A stretch of 64,000 bases of DNA from Marsupella aquatica (taxonomy: Eukaryota; Plantae; Marchantiophyta): the NCBI GenBank assembly GCA_973895155.1, contig OZ316899.1, positions 1,635,573 through 1,699,572 on the forward strand, read 5' to 3'. Made by a program: the position numbers and the translations under genes. Shown one piece after another: positions 45,648 through 56,959 of this stretch (within the stretch, counting starts at the first letter, position 1; every line of letters starts with the position of its first letter). The notes beneath the pieces were generated by a model. The model saw only the letters and a list, made by a program, of their open reading frames with translations, ran no database searches and was not told the origin of the DNA.

Positions 45648-47977
45648 TGTCGCGCCCCTAACCCGGGCCTTAAATCCCTTTAGTTCCATGGGGCGACCTT
45701 GACCACCAGTAGGGGTGAGGGTTCGGGCAAGGGGGTGTGTAGTGGCCTCGATTAGCCCTAAGTTGGGCTAAGTCAATATACTTACCGGTATAATACTTAC
45801 ACAACTCGTACTAGCCATAGTATGTTTGTTTTCCACCGCTGGAATATTCCCACAGTTAGTGACTCGGACTAACTCCCGGCTTGGGGCTTTCAAGCCATCA
45901 ACGCAATAGAACCTTGTAGTATGCAATGGGTGGCAATCCCTACCATTAGTCCGCACCCAGTACATCCCTTGAAATGGCGCCTTTGTCCAGACAAAACATA
46001 CACAACACCAGCTACCCGCGATAGAATCAGGGGGAAAAGACTACATTTACTCAGCGAAGAATCAGTTTACATAGTTGACTCGACTTCTAAGGGGTCAGCA
46101 GGCCTAACGGCAGTCAATGCCCAATCTCTCCGAGGCCCCGCCCCGTGCTTGCCCAGCAAGCTCGACTCTGGCTCTCACTCCTTAGTGCACTCTGACCCTG
46201 CTCAGGCCGGGACTCCCCGTGCCTCACCTTTTCTTGCGCTGAGATAACTAAGCCCTCTCCCCCCTCCCACAGCGGAAGGGGAAGCCTAAATACTACGGTT
46301 GCGGAAAGGAACTGGAAGATACTACCTTCCAGGGTAATGCCTACTGACTAACTACCTTTTGACAAACCGGCCGCACTCCTTTGACTGGTTGATCGTCGGT
46401 GGCAGGGGCGTTGACCGGGGTGGCAGCAGCTAAGTCTACTGACCAAAATCTAGTCCATTGATGGACTCTATCCTACGTTGGCTGATCCTAACTGGTCCTG
46501 TCCTAATTCTTTCTACTGTGTCGCTAATCGACGCCTAATGACAACCCTTCTATCGTTAAGCCTAATCAGACAGATGCTGTTGACTCAACTGCCCCGCACG
46601 GCGCCTACTCAGACCCTCCGATAACCACCCCTTACGTGCGTGCTATGGTTGGGCCAGGGTTTGTCCCCTTGTCGGGGCGAGACCTCGAGCCGCCTAGATC
46701 AGAGGTGGGCCCAGGTCTTTCCCGCTGGAGGACGAGCAGAGTAACACGGTCCTGCAAGGCCTTGTTATCCCGTACCGCCTCCTCTGCCTCGTTTGCTGCC
46801 TCATCGGCCTCTACTTGGAGCCGTGCTACCTCCAGGTTGAGCTGGTTAATGGAGTCACGCTAGGCCTGGTCCTGCGCCAACAATTTATCCCGTTTGGTGG
46901 AGAGACTAACCACCTGCTGAGCTGCCTGCAGGAATTGGTTGTTGAGGTCGGTCAGGCTGGTAACCCAAGCCAAGGATTCCGAGCGCAGTTGAAGCATGGT
47001 GTCGTCCAGCTTCTTGAGATCCATTTGCGCCCCACTCAACTCCTGGGTTAGTCCGTCCCGCTGTTCGACGGTGTGGGCTAACTCCTCACGGCGGGTAGTA
47101 GCCTCCTCCTCGAGGTGTTCTACCAGCATTTGGAGGCACCCGATCTTGGTCCCCTTCGCCATGAGTTCTTCCTCCAAGCGACTTACGATCCGTGGTTGGT
47201 GCTCTAACATGAAGAAGGTTGGTTGAAAGTACGCCGAGACTTATTGTCCGATGTACGTCGCCAGCTCCCCTGACAGAGTCTGACTAAACTTCTGGACCAG
47301 GTCGTAGGCCATGGTCCCCGAGGCTACTTGGTAGTTCTCCATCCTCTTGGGTACGGGCGGTTCCTCGGGTGGGGCAACGAGCTCCTCCGTAGTCTGCAAT
47401 GGGGAGGGGAAGGTTTCTTCAGGTGGTGGAGGGATTGGAGGTGGTTGTACCGGGGGTAGCGGAGGCTCGACGGAAGGGGGCGGCGGAATTTCAACCCGGG
47501 AGGTGACGGAGTATTAGTTGGGGCCTCTGGCTTGGGGTTTGCCCGAGGCGCGGTAGTCCGCTCACTTGGGGTAGTCTCCTCCGGAGTGGGGGTGACATTA
47601 GTCGGGGCTGAGGTGGCCATATTCTTTCCCCTGGCCTCCCGCTGTGCCTTGTACCAGGCAAGGATGTTGGTGATATGACTTCCTAGGTAAGTCTTCCCCC
47701 CGATAGCCATACCTCCCTGAGCCCGCTTAAGCTCCCCCGAGAACCTTTGGTAAAAGAATTGGGCCCAGTTTCGCCGTTTGTACTGTTCCACCTGTACGAT
47801 CGTGCAGAGGGAGATCTCGGATTGTGGCTCAATCATGTGTAGGGTAGTCTGTATGAAATTAAGCTGCTCCATACAAATTAAGTTGGTGCACGACCCCTGC
47901 TTGTATCCGTTGTCTATCTTACCCTTGGGTTTGAAGTGCCGAGGTGTATACTCCTTATCCCAAATTTGGAGTTCAAC
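45648..47977 (-). mobile_element. 3' part of coding LTR E (A-related), truncated by the DNMT element
   Basis: The terminus TGTCGCGCCCCTAACCCGGG at 45648 resembles the reverse complement of the LTR A end. It contains an ORF homologous to the A/I LTR ORF. Confidence 0.7.
46633..47977 (-). pseudogene. LTR E accessory ORF, central domain to coiled-coil C-terminus
   Basis: KGKIDNGYKQGSC...LHMIEPQSEIS...RNWAQFF...GGKTYLGSHITNILAWY aligns with A KGVVDNGFLMRTC...LHMMEPRGEIS...RKWASFF...GGRAYFASHVKIILEWY. Confidence 0.8.
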
Positions 47978-48585
47978 TGCCGTGCGCATACACATCGCTA
48001 CACAACATACATCGCTTGTCACATACATCCAAACATAGTCACACGTACTGCCACATCACAAACACAAGAGAATGGAATACAAGTGGAACTCATGTCCACA
48101 CATGTCCAAAACCCACAATAATCTCCTCAACAATCGGCACAACGATCCCGGTCAACAATACCCCATCGATCCCGCACCGATCTGATCACACACGTATGTC
48201 AAGCCAACGCACCTTGCACTACTCAAGGAATCCACGTTACACAAGTGGAGCTCACAGCCACCATAGCCACTCAAGCTCCTCTCTCTCCAAGGCTCAACAT
48301 TGAAAGATGACCTTTCAATGCCTCACAAGTGAGAAGTACCCTCTCACACAAACTTGACGGAACCTTATCGGCTCATATAGCACACATACCAAACATACGG
48401 ATCTAGATAGTACGATATACTCTAACACTACCTAGAATGGTGTGACAGCTGTCGTGCGCATACACATCGCTACACAACATACATCGCTTGTCACATACAT
48501 CCAAACATAGTCACACTGCCACATCACAAACACAAGAGAATGGAATACAAGTGAAACTCATGTCCGCACATGTCCAAAACCCACA
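47978..48585 (-). repeat. 3' LTR region of the DNMT element with a ~137-bp direct repeat at both ends
   Basis: 48450-48585 is repeated at 47978-48117. An internal ...CGACA-GC-TGTCAC... junction lies at 48447-48450 (minus strand). Confidence 0.75.
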
Positions 48586-48763
48586 ATCGCCCCCCTAGCT
48601 GGGAGTAAGGTCCCCTAACTCTAGCTAGCCATGAGTTCTACAAGGTTGATATACACCTTTTTAGGTGTGAAGATCAGTAGGCCGGGTGCAAGTGAGCCCC
48701 ATCGATCACCTACCTGCAATTCATATCTGCCAAGAGAACACAAATGATAACTAGTCGGCTTCA

Positions 48764-48901
48764 TCGACACTGAGGACACAACCATGATCCACTAGGAATC
48801 ACCTGCAATGGTGGTGTCAAACATGACATGTGCCATCCTCTAGAACACTTATCACAAATCAACATAGTAGCTGCTCCCTGAGTAGATCCACACAACATAC
48901 A
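48764..48901 (-). CDS. PHD finger (C4HC3) at the integrase C-terminus
   Basis: CMLCGSTQGAATMLICDKCSRGWHMSCLTPPLQVIPSGSWLCPQC, with all eight ligands and the conserved Trp. Confidence 0.92.
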
Positions 48902-50069
48902 TTTTAAGCCAGCACAAACATGTGCCAAGCTTGGATCTACTGTACCGTCAATGTTGGGAAGGTGACATGGTGCACAGTTGCGCACATGATCCTTCCAAAC
49001 CATACCATTGCATCCCTCCAACATCAGGACACCAGAAGGCAACACTTCACGCACACGTAAGATTGTCCGGCCTGCGGTCACATCAAGTGTTGTGGGTGCT
49101 GTCTGCTGCAAATAAACATAATCACCAGGATGAAATTGTCGAATGCTTGCACGGTAACCTCCTCCGCGAATAGTGGCATACCTCAAAGTGTCACGATGTT
49201 GGGCAATGGCAAGGTTGTCAAAAGCCATGGGCATCACTCTCTGAAATACCCGTGCTCTTTCTGAACACACCTTGACCCAAACATCAGGATCATCCAGTTC
49301 ACAACTGGTGCAGCATCACGATGAATAGCTGCTGGCAAATCTGGCTCTCTACCATAGAGCAAAAAGTAAAGTGAGAAGGATGCAAGTGATGCTTGCCGAC
49401 TGAAACGGTAGCCCATAGCTAACCAAGGTAGCTGGAGATCCCAATCTCCCAGATGACCAACCTGCAAGCCATACTTACGCAATCCTCTCTTCACAGTTTG
49501 CACAACTCTCTCAGCTAATCCATCTGCCTCAGGATGATCACGAGAGATAGTACGATGATCAATCATAGCTTGTTCACACAAACTCTCAAACTCTCCACGG
49601 AACTCAGTTTCCTGATCAGTCAACACCTCAACTGGTGCTCCAAAATGACTGAGTACACAATCCAAAAATGTAGTAGCAACTCTTCCATTGGCTTTATCTG
49701 GCAACGCCACTAGCTCAATCCACTTGGAGAAGTGCTCCACCATGACCAAAACATACTGATTATGACGTTGGGTAAGAGGTAATGGAGCAGAAAAATCCAA
49801 ACTCCAACGATATCCCAAACCCATGATCGGCAACGGGTGCAACTGGGGAGTGGGAGCATTAAATGATGCTCTCACTCACATACCACACACTTAGCTATCA
49901 ACTGCTGGACATGAGTGTGCATACCACGCCACCAATACTGTGTCTGCAACAAGCTATAAGTGCGCTTCACACCAAAGTGACCCAACTCCTCATGTGCATG
50001 TCGCACCAAATGTACTCGTTGTGATGGTTTTGGTACCACCAACACCCTACCATCATGCAGTACTCTCAA
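48902..50069 (-). pseudogene. Integrase (HHCC zinc finger, DDE core, GPY/F-like C-terminal region)
   Basis: HAHEELGHFG...CVVC; WSLDFSAP...LTDQETEF...DGLAERVVQT; GDYVYL. Confidence 0.92.
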
Positions 50070-50381
50070 AAGATGGTTTCCCTCCCATCAAAACCTCTTG
50101 GCTCTCTATAGAACCCTATCACGTTCTTTGGCATCAACACTGCCAACAATAGAACCACTGCGCAGATATTCCAACACTCTCACATCATTGTGAATATCTT
50201 GCTGTCCAGAAGTTACCTCACCAACATCCACATCTGAAGACTCATCATCCACTCCATCTAATGAGGTAGAGTCCACAGATCCACTGTATCCTGGCACCCA
50301 ACAAAGAAAGGCAGATGCATGCCATCCTAGCACCATCTCCTTATCTGACTCATCATGCCATTTGGCTCCAGTCTCATCCTG

Positions 50382-51810
50382 CTAACTGGTACATGGATTG
50401 TGGCTTAATCCATCTGCATCCAAGTTCACTTTTCCAGGCCTATGCACTACCTGGAAATCATACTCCTGTAACAACAATGCCCATCGTGCAAGTTTCCCTA
50501 TAAGCTTGTCAGACTCCATTAACCACTTAAGAGGCTGATGATCAGTGATCAAGGTGAAGGGGTTACCAAACAAGTAGCAACAAAAGTGTGTAACAGCCCA
50601 CATTGCTGCCAAACACTCTCCCTCATAAGAGCTATACTTAGCCTCTGCTAAATTGTTTGATCTACTGGCATAAGCCACAACAAACTCATTCCCCTCATCA
50701 TCCTTCTGAGTCAGCACTGCTCCAAGTCCTACTCCACTCCAATCAGTGTGTAGCTGAAATGGTCTGCCTAAAATGGGTCTTCTCAAAATAGGGGATGATG
50801 CCAACCTTTGCTTCAACTCCTGAAAGGCATGCTCCTGGTCATCACTCCAAATCCATTCCTGATCCAACTTAGTGAGTATGGTCAAAGGTTTAGCAAGCTG
50901 GCTAAATCCTTTAACATACCTCCTGTAGTAGCTCGCCAATCCCAAGAATGCACAAACTCTACTCACATCAGTAGGACAAGGAATCTGTGTAATGGCCTCC
51001 ACTTTAGTCTGCTGTACACCCAATCCCCCTGGGTATATAGTGTGGCCCAAATACTCAATCTGGTCTTGGAAGAACTTACACTTGCTAGGATGGAGCTTCA
51101 ACCCATGTGCTCTCAATCTCTCCAACACAATCTGCAAGTGCCGCTGATGTTCTTCCACAGTAGAAGAATAGACCAAAATATCATCAATATAACATCTGAC
51201 AAAATCCAAACCTGCAAGGATTCAATCCATGACTCTCTAGAACTCAGCTGGTGCATTCTTCAACCCAAATGGTAAGAATAACCACTGATACAAACGATCT
51301 TTGCCATAAGAATAACCACTGATACAAACGATCTTTGCCATAAGAATCAATCCCCCAGAATGTTGTCTTGGACCTGTCAGCATGTCTAATTGGAAGCTGA
51401 TGGTACCCTGCCCTCAGATCCAATGAACTAAAAACTTTTGCATGCCCCACAATATCAAAGATCTCCTCAGGTGTGGGCATGGCATATCTATCAGATTTTG
51501 TCTAGCAATTAATGGGTCTGTAATCACCACACATGCGCCTATCTATGTAATTGCCATGCACATCCTTCTTGGCTGGCATCACTGTGGCAGATGCATACTC
51601 CCCATATGAAATCTCCACCAATCTAGCCTCCAACAAATCTTGAGTTCTACTTTGAATCAGAGCTCTCTCCATGTCACTGTAATGGTATGGCCTACGAAAG
51701 ATTGACGCATCACTAGCCAATTCAATCTGAATACCAGGACCCTTTAATGTCCCCAAATCCTTCATGCTAAATGCAAAACAATTCCGGTAACTCTTCAGGA
51801 ATCGATGCAT
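50382..51810 (-). pseudogene. pol: Reverse transcriptase and RNase H, frameshifted by a 34-bp tandem duplication (51273-51340)
   Basis: RRMCGDYRPIN, SLDLRAGYHQ, PFGLKNAP, YIDD (51180-51191); LHTDWS...AYASR...TDHQPLKWL. Confidence 0.93.
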
Positions 51811-52079
51811 GCGATGTCTCTCCCCCTGTCAACTTAGGGCCAAGCTGTGGTTCCCAACTCTCCACCAAATCCCTAATATCTCTTTGTAGGGTAGAAGAGA
51901 TAGCCAATGATTGCTATTTAGCAGTAGATTGAGCAGTCCCTTCCTGCACAACAATCTGTCCAACCTTGGCCAATCCTGCCATAGGTCCATGGACTGTCTG
52001 CTCGCCCCCAATTGTGGTCAGTGTTGTCTCAGTGGACCGCAAGCTCACCAAGGGACAATCAGTAATTCCAGCAGAGTGC

Positions 52080-53060
52080 ATTCGTAACTATTCAGCTACT
52101 CCCAAGCTGATAATCCAAGTCAAACAATTCAAATCCATTGCTTAACCAAGAACCTGGCGCCGCAAACCCTCTGACACAGAGGCAACTACAGTAGTGTCAG
52201 TCAAAAATCCCATAGCACGCTCTCTCTCATCAGCAGTAGGTTCCACTAACTGCTGGAGAGCTGTGTCCCACACAAGTCCAAGGCCACCTGCTTGGAATGC
52301 ATATGAAGCAGAGTGGCTTACAAGAATGGGTAATGCACAACGTGGGCACCCAACTGCATTGACCACTGCCAATGGAGGTCTATCAGGTTGGGTCACACCC
52401 TGTGCACGACGCCCTGGATCCAAAATATCATCCACCACTAAGGCTGGTGAGCGTGGAATGTTGTCAAATGCGCGCTTCAGCACCTCACATGGGATCAAAT
52501 TAGTCCACCACAAGCGTGGACGATGTGCACAAGAACCCACACGTGCAGCATCCAATAACACAGCAGGTCCAATCCAAGACCTCACCTGGTGAACATTGGC
52601 AACAATCCAACTACGATCATCACCTAACAATGGCACATTCTCCAAAATGTATCCTGGAGACTGTGTCTGATGTAGCTGGAGATGACGCAGCACCCATAAC
52701 ATCTCCCAAAACAATGCAGAGCGTGGATCATGAAGTCCATGCCCAACGCCAGCTCTAGATTGGCCCTGACATGGCCAACCAGCAATCACCAATCAATGGG
52801 GCCAACACAATGCAGATGATCCGCCCCCAACAATGAAATATCAGCAGGTAGTGCATGCTGATAACCACGAACAACATCCATTGGCAGCAAGTGTGGATAT
52901 CTATCCACCAACATAGCCACATGTTGCAATGAGACCCTCCGTGCTGTCTCATCTGTCTCCACATACAAATAATGACGCACAGGAATTCCTTCCTGAAGAA
53001 CAACAGCCAATCCAATGCTAATCCCACCAAAAAGATCCAACAAACAAATACCCTCCGGTG
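52080..53060 (-). pseudogene. C5 cytosine DNA methyltransferase domain, DNMT3-like (canonical motif order), within the polyprotein; one 1-nt frameshift at ~52790 and stops near the end
   Basis: Motif I LLDLFGGISIG (LDLFGG at 53023-53040), II YVETD, III DI, IV VIAGWPCQGQS (PCQ at 52766-52774), VI YILENV (ENV at 52634-52642), VIII AHRPRLWWTN, IX ERERAMGF, X RRQVLG*AMD. Confidence 0.93.
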
Positions 53061-53469
53061 GATATTGCCAAGCAATAGGAGTGGTATCCAACGGTGAAAG
53101 AGTCATAGGTCCATCTGCAAGAGATTGCTCTGCTCCTGACTGTGGTGTAAAAGCATGACGCCATGCATCATGTACCAATCGTGTTGTTGCCTGTGGCAAG
53201 ACCTGTGCAGTGCCCCACACTGGTGGCACAACACTGCCAATAGGTAATCCTTGCATGATGTGCTCCTCATGAGACTCCTCCAATGGTGGAACATTTGCTG
53301 CATGCGCATTACCCTCAATCAAATCATCAGGTCCAACAATTAGACCACTGAATGCTGCCAAAGACAATGGTGTGGATTTAGAGCCTCCCACAGGTCCACT
53401 AAATCTCATTGGCAATTTGCTCAATCGAGCATCTCCTGACTGCCAATTAGGTCTATATGACATTGATTC

Positions 53470-53800
53470 CTCCCAAAAATCAAGAATAAATCCCATGGGG
53501 TAGAGCACTATACATCCCACCAACACATCATATGACTCTGCCTTAGTCAAAATAGCTCGCGCCTATATCTGTGAGCTATCTGTGGTATGACCTTCCTGAA
53601 TCCTCAATCAAGAGGTCTCCTGGTAATGTGTTGTGTAGGTGTAGGTCCCCCCAATGAAGTCTGAATGGGAAAGGGACAATTCTCCAAATCCTCTAGACGC
53701 AATCCCAATCCACATATGGCAGACTTTCCCAACATCAAGGGCTGAGCACCAGTATCCAGTAACACCCTCTCTGGCTGGTATACTGCTCCAAAAGGCCCAA
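53470..53800 (-). pseudogene. Aspartic protease
   Basis: VLLDTGAQPLML (DTG at 53748-53756) ... YDVLVG; boundaries approximate. Confidence 0.85.
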
Positions 53801-54619
53801 CTAATCGAAAGATGTCACTCCGATTATCCAATGATACAACACTAGGTTTAAACCTAGTCCTCTCAAATGCAGGGCGTGCTGGTAAATCCACCAACCTCGC
53901 TGCTGCTGCATGCCATGTCTCACTAGTAGTAGTAGGTGGCATGGTCTTCACTGCTTCAACACTACAAGCTGCTTCTGCATGGGAAGCAACCACTGGAGTG
54001 TTCTCACAGAGTGTAGCTGCCAATTTGAACACTTCTGCAGGACCAACTCCCAAGTTCAGCATGTCTGTCGTTGAAAATAATGGGGTGCGTACTATGGCAG
54101 TAGCTGCCCCCAGCAGGATACTTGTCATCCTTGCTGCATCACTACCTGATTTTGCCAACTTACCCACGTCAGGGTTTGTCCGAACCGGGTTCATAGAGGC
54201 AGTCTGAACTGTCTCTGATAATGTAAAAGATTGAGGAAGCTTTGTTTGCCGACATGCATCCCCCCTTTGTGGATCTAACTCCACTACTGCTCCTTGGGGC
54301 TCAAGAGCTTTGGCTACCCCACGTGTCAAAGCTGCTGATGCATCAATATATGCAGTGCCACACATGAATCCCATGGTGACAAGGTCTCCATTAGCTCCAT
54401 AAGATGTGAAAGGTCCATAGGATGTAGATGCCCCATCACCAGAAGTAGGTCTCACCTGGGAACTAGCCATGGCAGCTAGTTGTTGCTCCAATTGAGCAAT
54501 CTTAGCATCCTTTGGATCTATGGTTACAGCAGGGGCAACGTCACCTCCCTGTCTCCCTGCATGTGGCATGCCACGACCACGTCCACCACCTCTACCTCCT
54601 CCTCCTCTTCCCTGATCAT

Positions 54620-55869
54620 GTGTACGGGATCCTCCCCTCCGTAACTCACCTATCCTTGGTGTGTCCAAGAGCTCCACAGTGATCACACTGTCGTTGATCA
54701 GGCGCTGATGCTCCCCCTGATCCTCTATGATCTGGGAAATATCTCTGTGCATGATCCCCACCACAGGTCCAACATCCTAACTGCTGTCCAGTACAAGAGG
54801 GCACAGGTCTCTGGCTGGTAGACTCTAGTGCAGTAGGCTTCTCTATCTGGCTCTTTCGTGTAGTAGGCTGTGGTGTGGATGTAGATGCAGCCTTTGGTGC
54901 TTCCTTGGCAAATTTGGAAGTCACCGCCTTCTCATTCACCATATTGAGCTCAATGCGCTCAGAAACGGTAAAAACAACTGCTAATGTGGGATCTGCATCC
55001 CTAAGCAGAGTGACATCTCTCACTCTGCGTCGCAATTCTTTGTCCAAAATTGCATACCAAAATTGGACTGCCTGAGCCTCTATCACTCCCTTGGTGACAG
55101 TGATCAATCTACGCATACGAGTGTATGCCTCACGTAGACTCTCTCCAATCTTGCGCTAGAACTGATGGAGACCCTTCAACTTATCAATTCTCACACCCTG
55201 ATAGTTCTGCTTCAGTACCTCAAAGAATTCCACCACAGGGTTAAATGTTGGCGCAACTCCAGTTCCTGTCGCAATCACACCGGCAGGAGTAGTGGTGGAT
55301 GCTGCTAGAGTGCTGGTGGTGGATGGTGTGCCACTCTGGCTAGTGCTGCTAGAAGAAGCAACATCTATGGCAATGGGTTGGGCAGCCGCACTAGTGCCAT
55401 AGGTGATGGACACGAAATTAGGCGACCAATGCTGCCTCCATGCCTCAATCTCAACCAAATGAGCCTTCCAAAACTCATGGTAGTCATCCATGGGTGGCCC
55501 CTCCAAATGCTGAAATAATCCCTTCCATGCCATGAAAGGGGTAAACAATGTGGCATTATGCAATGTCTGCATATCGCACCACGTATCAAACTCCTGGATG
55601 AAGTCATCCAGATCAATTGTGCCAACTGCACCAGAGTATCATCGTGGGCCCTTCGTAGCCCCGTACATCTCTTCCATATCCCACAACAAAGGTGCAATCA
55701 CTTGATGACGAGGAGAACTGCTCATAGAGTCCTCGTCAGAATTACTGTTTGAAGTTGTGCTACTGACTGCTACCAATGTCGCTGGCCAAAACTGCACCCC
55801 ACTCCGAGTGAAACCGGTCCGTTGTCCATTGGGTAACCCAGCAGCACCAGAAGAATCCGTGGTGACCAA
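54620..55869 (-). pseudogene. gag: gag of the DNMT element with two degenerate zinc knuckles
   Basis: One frame over 55869-54646 with two stops; DLDDFIQEFDTWCD, ESLREAYTRMRRL, CWTCGGDH, CDHCGALGHTKDR. A small deletion in the second knuckle shifts the frame into pol. Confidence 0.8.
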
Positions 55870-56429
55870 CCTAACCTAATCTATATGCTAACCCTAAGGG
55901 CAATCTGTTCCTATCAGCAACACAAGCACTCACCATGGTGTGTTGGGCATCACTCCAACACCACCAGGAGAGAAATATGTAGCACAACTAGAATGTCCAG
56001 TTGCAAACCCGGATCACTCCTATAGAATCATGCGCCCACGCCAAACTAACATGGCGCATAAACAGGAAGCATGTGTGGAGAGGATCCAGAAACAAGAATG
56101 GATACCATTCAACTCTCCACACAAAAGCAAATGCAAATCAATATGACAATGTGCATAAGGTTCAAGGAAGAGCCTCCATAATAGGCTTCACAATGGCACT
56201 CCAATGTTGTAGATGAGAATCAAGGCAAAATTGGTTCAATCTGTGACTCTAGATGGATTCAAAAGTATCAAAAACCCTAAAATAGTCTTTTGATTTGGCC
56301 TAGAATAGACCTCTAAACAAATCGGGAAGTGTATAAAGCCCCCTGGCGCTTGAATCTAAATAACAAGTTGTGAATGCTTGTGTGTACACAAGGTGGGATG
56401 AGAACTTGCCAGTTAAGCGCTTGCGGATG

Positions 56430-56561
56430 GGAATAGCCTCGGGATGGATGACCTCGCGCTTTGCCTTGCGCTTGCAACTCGGAATAGTCCCGGGATGGGT
56501 GACCTTGCGCTTCGCCCTTGCGCTCGCAACTTGGAATAGTCCCAGGGTGGGTGACCTCACG
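56430..56561. repeat. ~51-52-bp tandem repeat, about 2.5 copies
   Basis: GGAATAGYCYCRGGRTGGRTGACCT... units start at 56430, 56481 and 56533. Confidence 0.8.
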
Positions 56562-56959
56562 GTTTGCCTTATGTGCGCACAGTTATGTGTGTACACAAAA
56601 CAGAATTTGTCGGGCTCAGATAGGCAACATTTGCCACTTGAAAGCAACGATTTCCTTCACAAAATGCCGTCCAACAGCATACACAATTTGGCAACATCGG
56701 CCCTCAATCCCTTCACAAAAAATGCAGCTTCAAAAGCGTCGACAGTTCACGATCGTTGACAGTTCACTTTTGCACCTGCGTCATTGGCGCCACTACAAAT
56801 CCAGCAACATTTGTGAATGTTTCTTCCTGAAAATAGCAGATCGATGCAGGAACACTCAAACATCTCCAACTGGGTTTCGTAGATCAACAACCTGCTATCA
56901 GATCTGGCAACATCTGAAATTGGAAGGAGCAATTTCCTTCATAAAAACAGCAGATCCAA

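Larger units (their letters stand above)
47978..55869 (-). mobile_element. Ty3/Gypsy retrotransposon encoding gag-PR-DNMT3-like methyltransferase-RT-RNase H-integrase-PHD; 3' LTR region present, 5' LTR not found
   Basis: All domains are colinear on the minus strand; PPT GGGGGGCG at 48588-48595; LTR-like sequence at 47978-48585. Confidence 0.92.

Noticed and set aside
47978-48585. Independent TRIM with 136-bp LTRs
   Set aside because: There is no TSD (flanks TCAAC and ATCGC), no TGG-type PBS after the first repeat, and it directly follows the PPT of the DNMT element.
52080-53060. Calling the methyltransferase a host DRM2/DNMT3 gene or a bacterial restriction-modification MTase
   Set aside because: It is embedded between protease and RT, has no introns, UBA or PWWP domains and no DRM permutation, and has no adjacent endonuclease.
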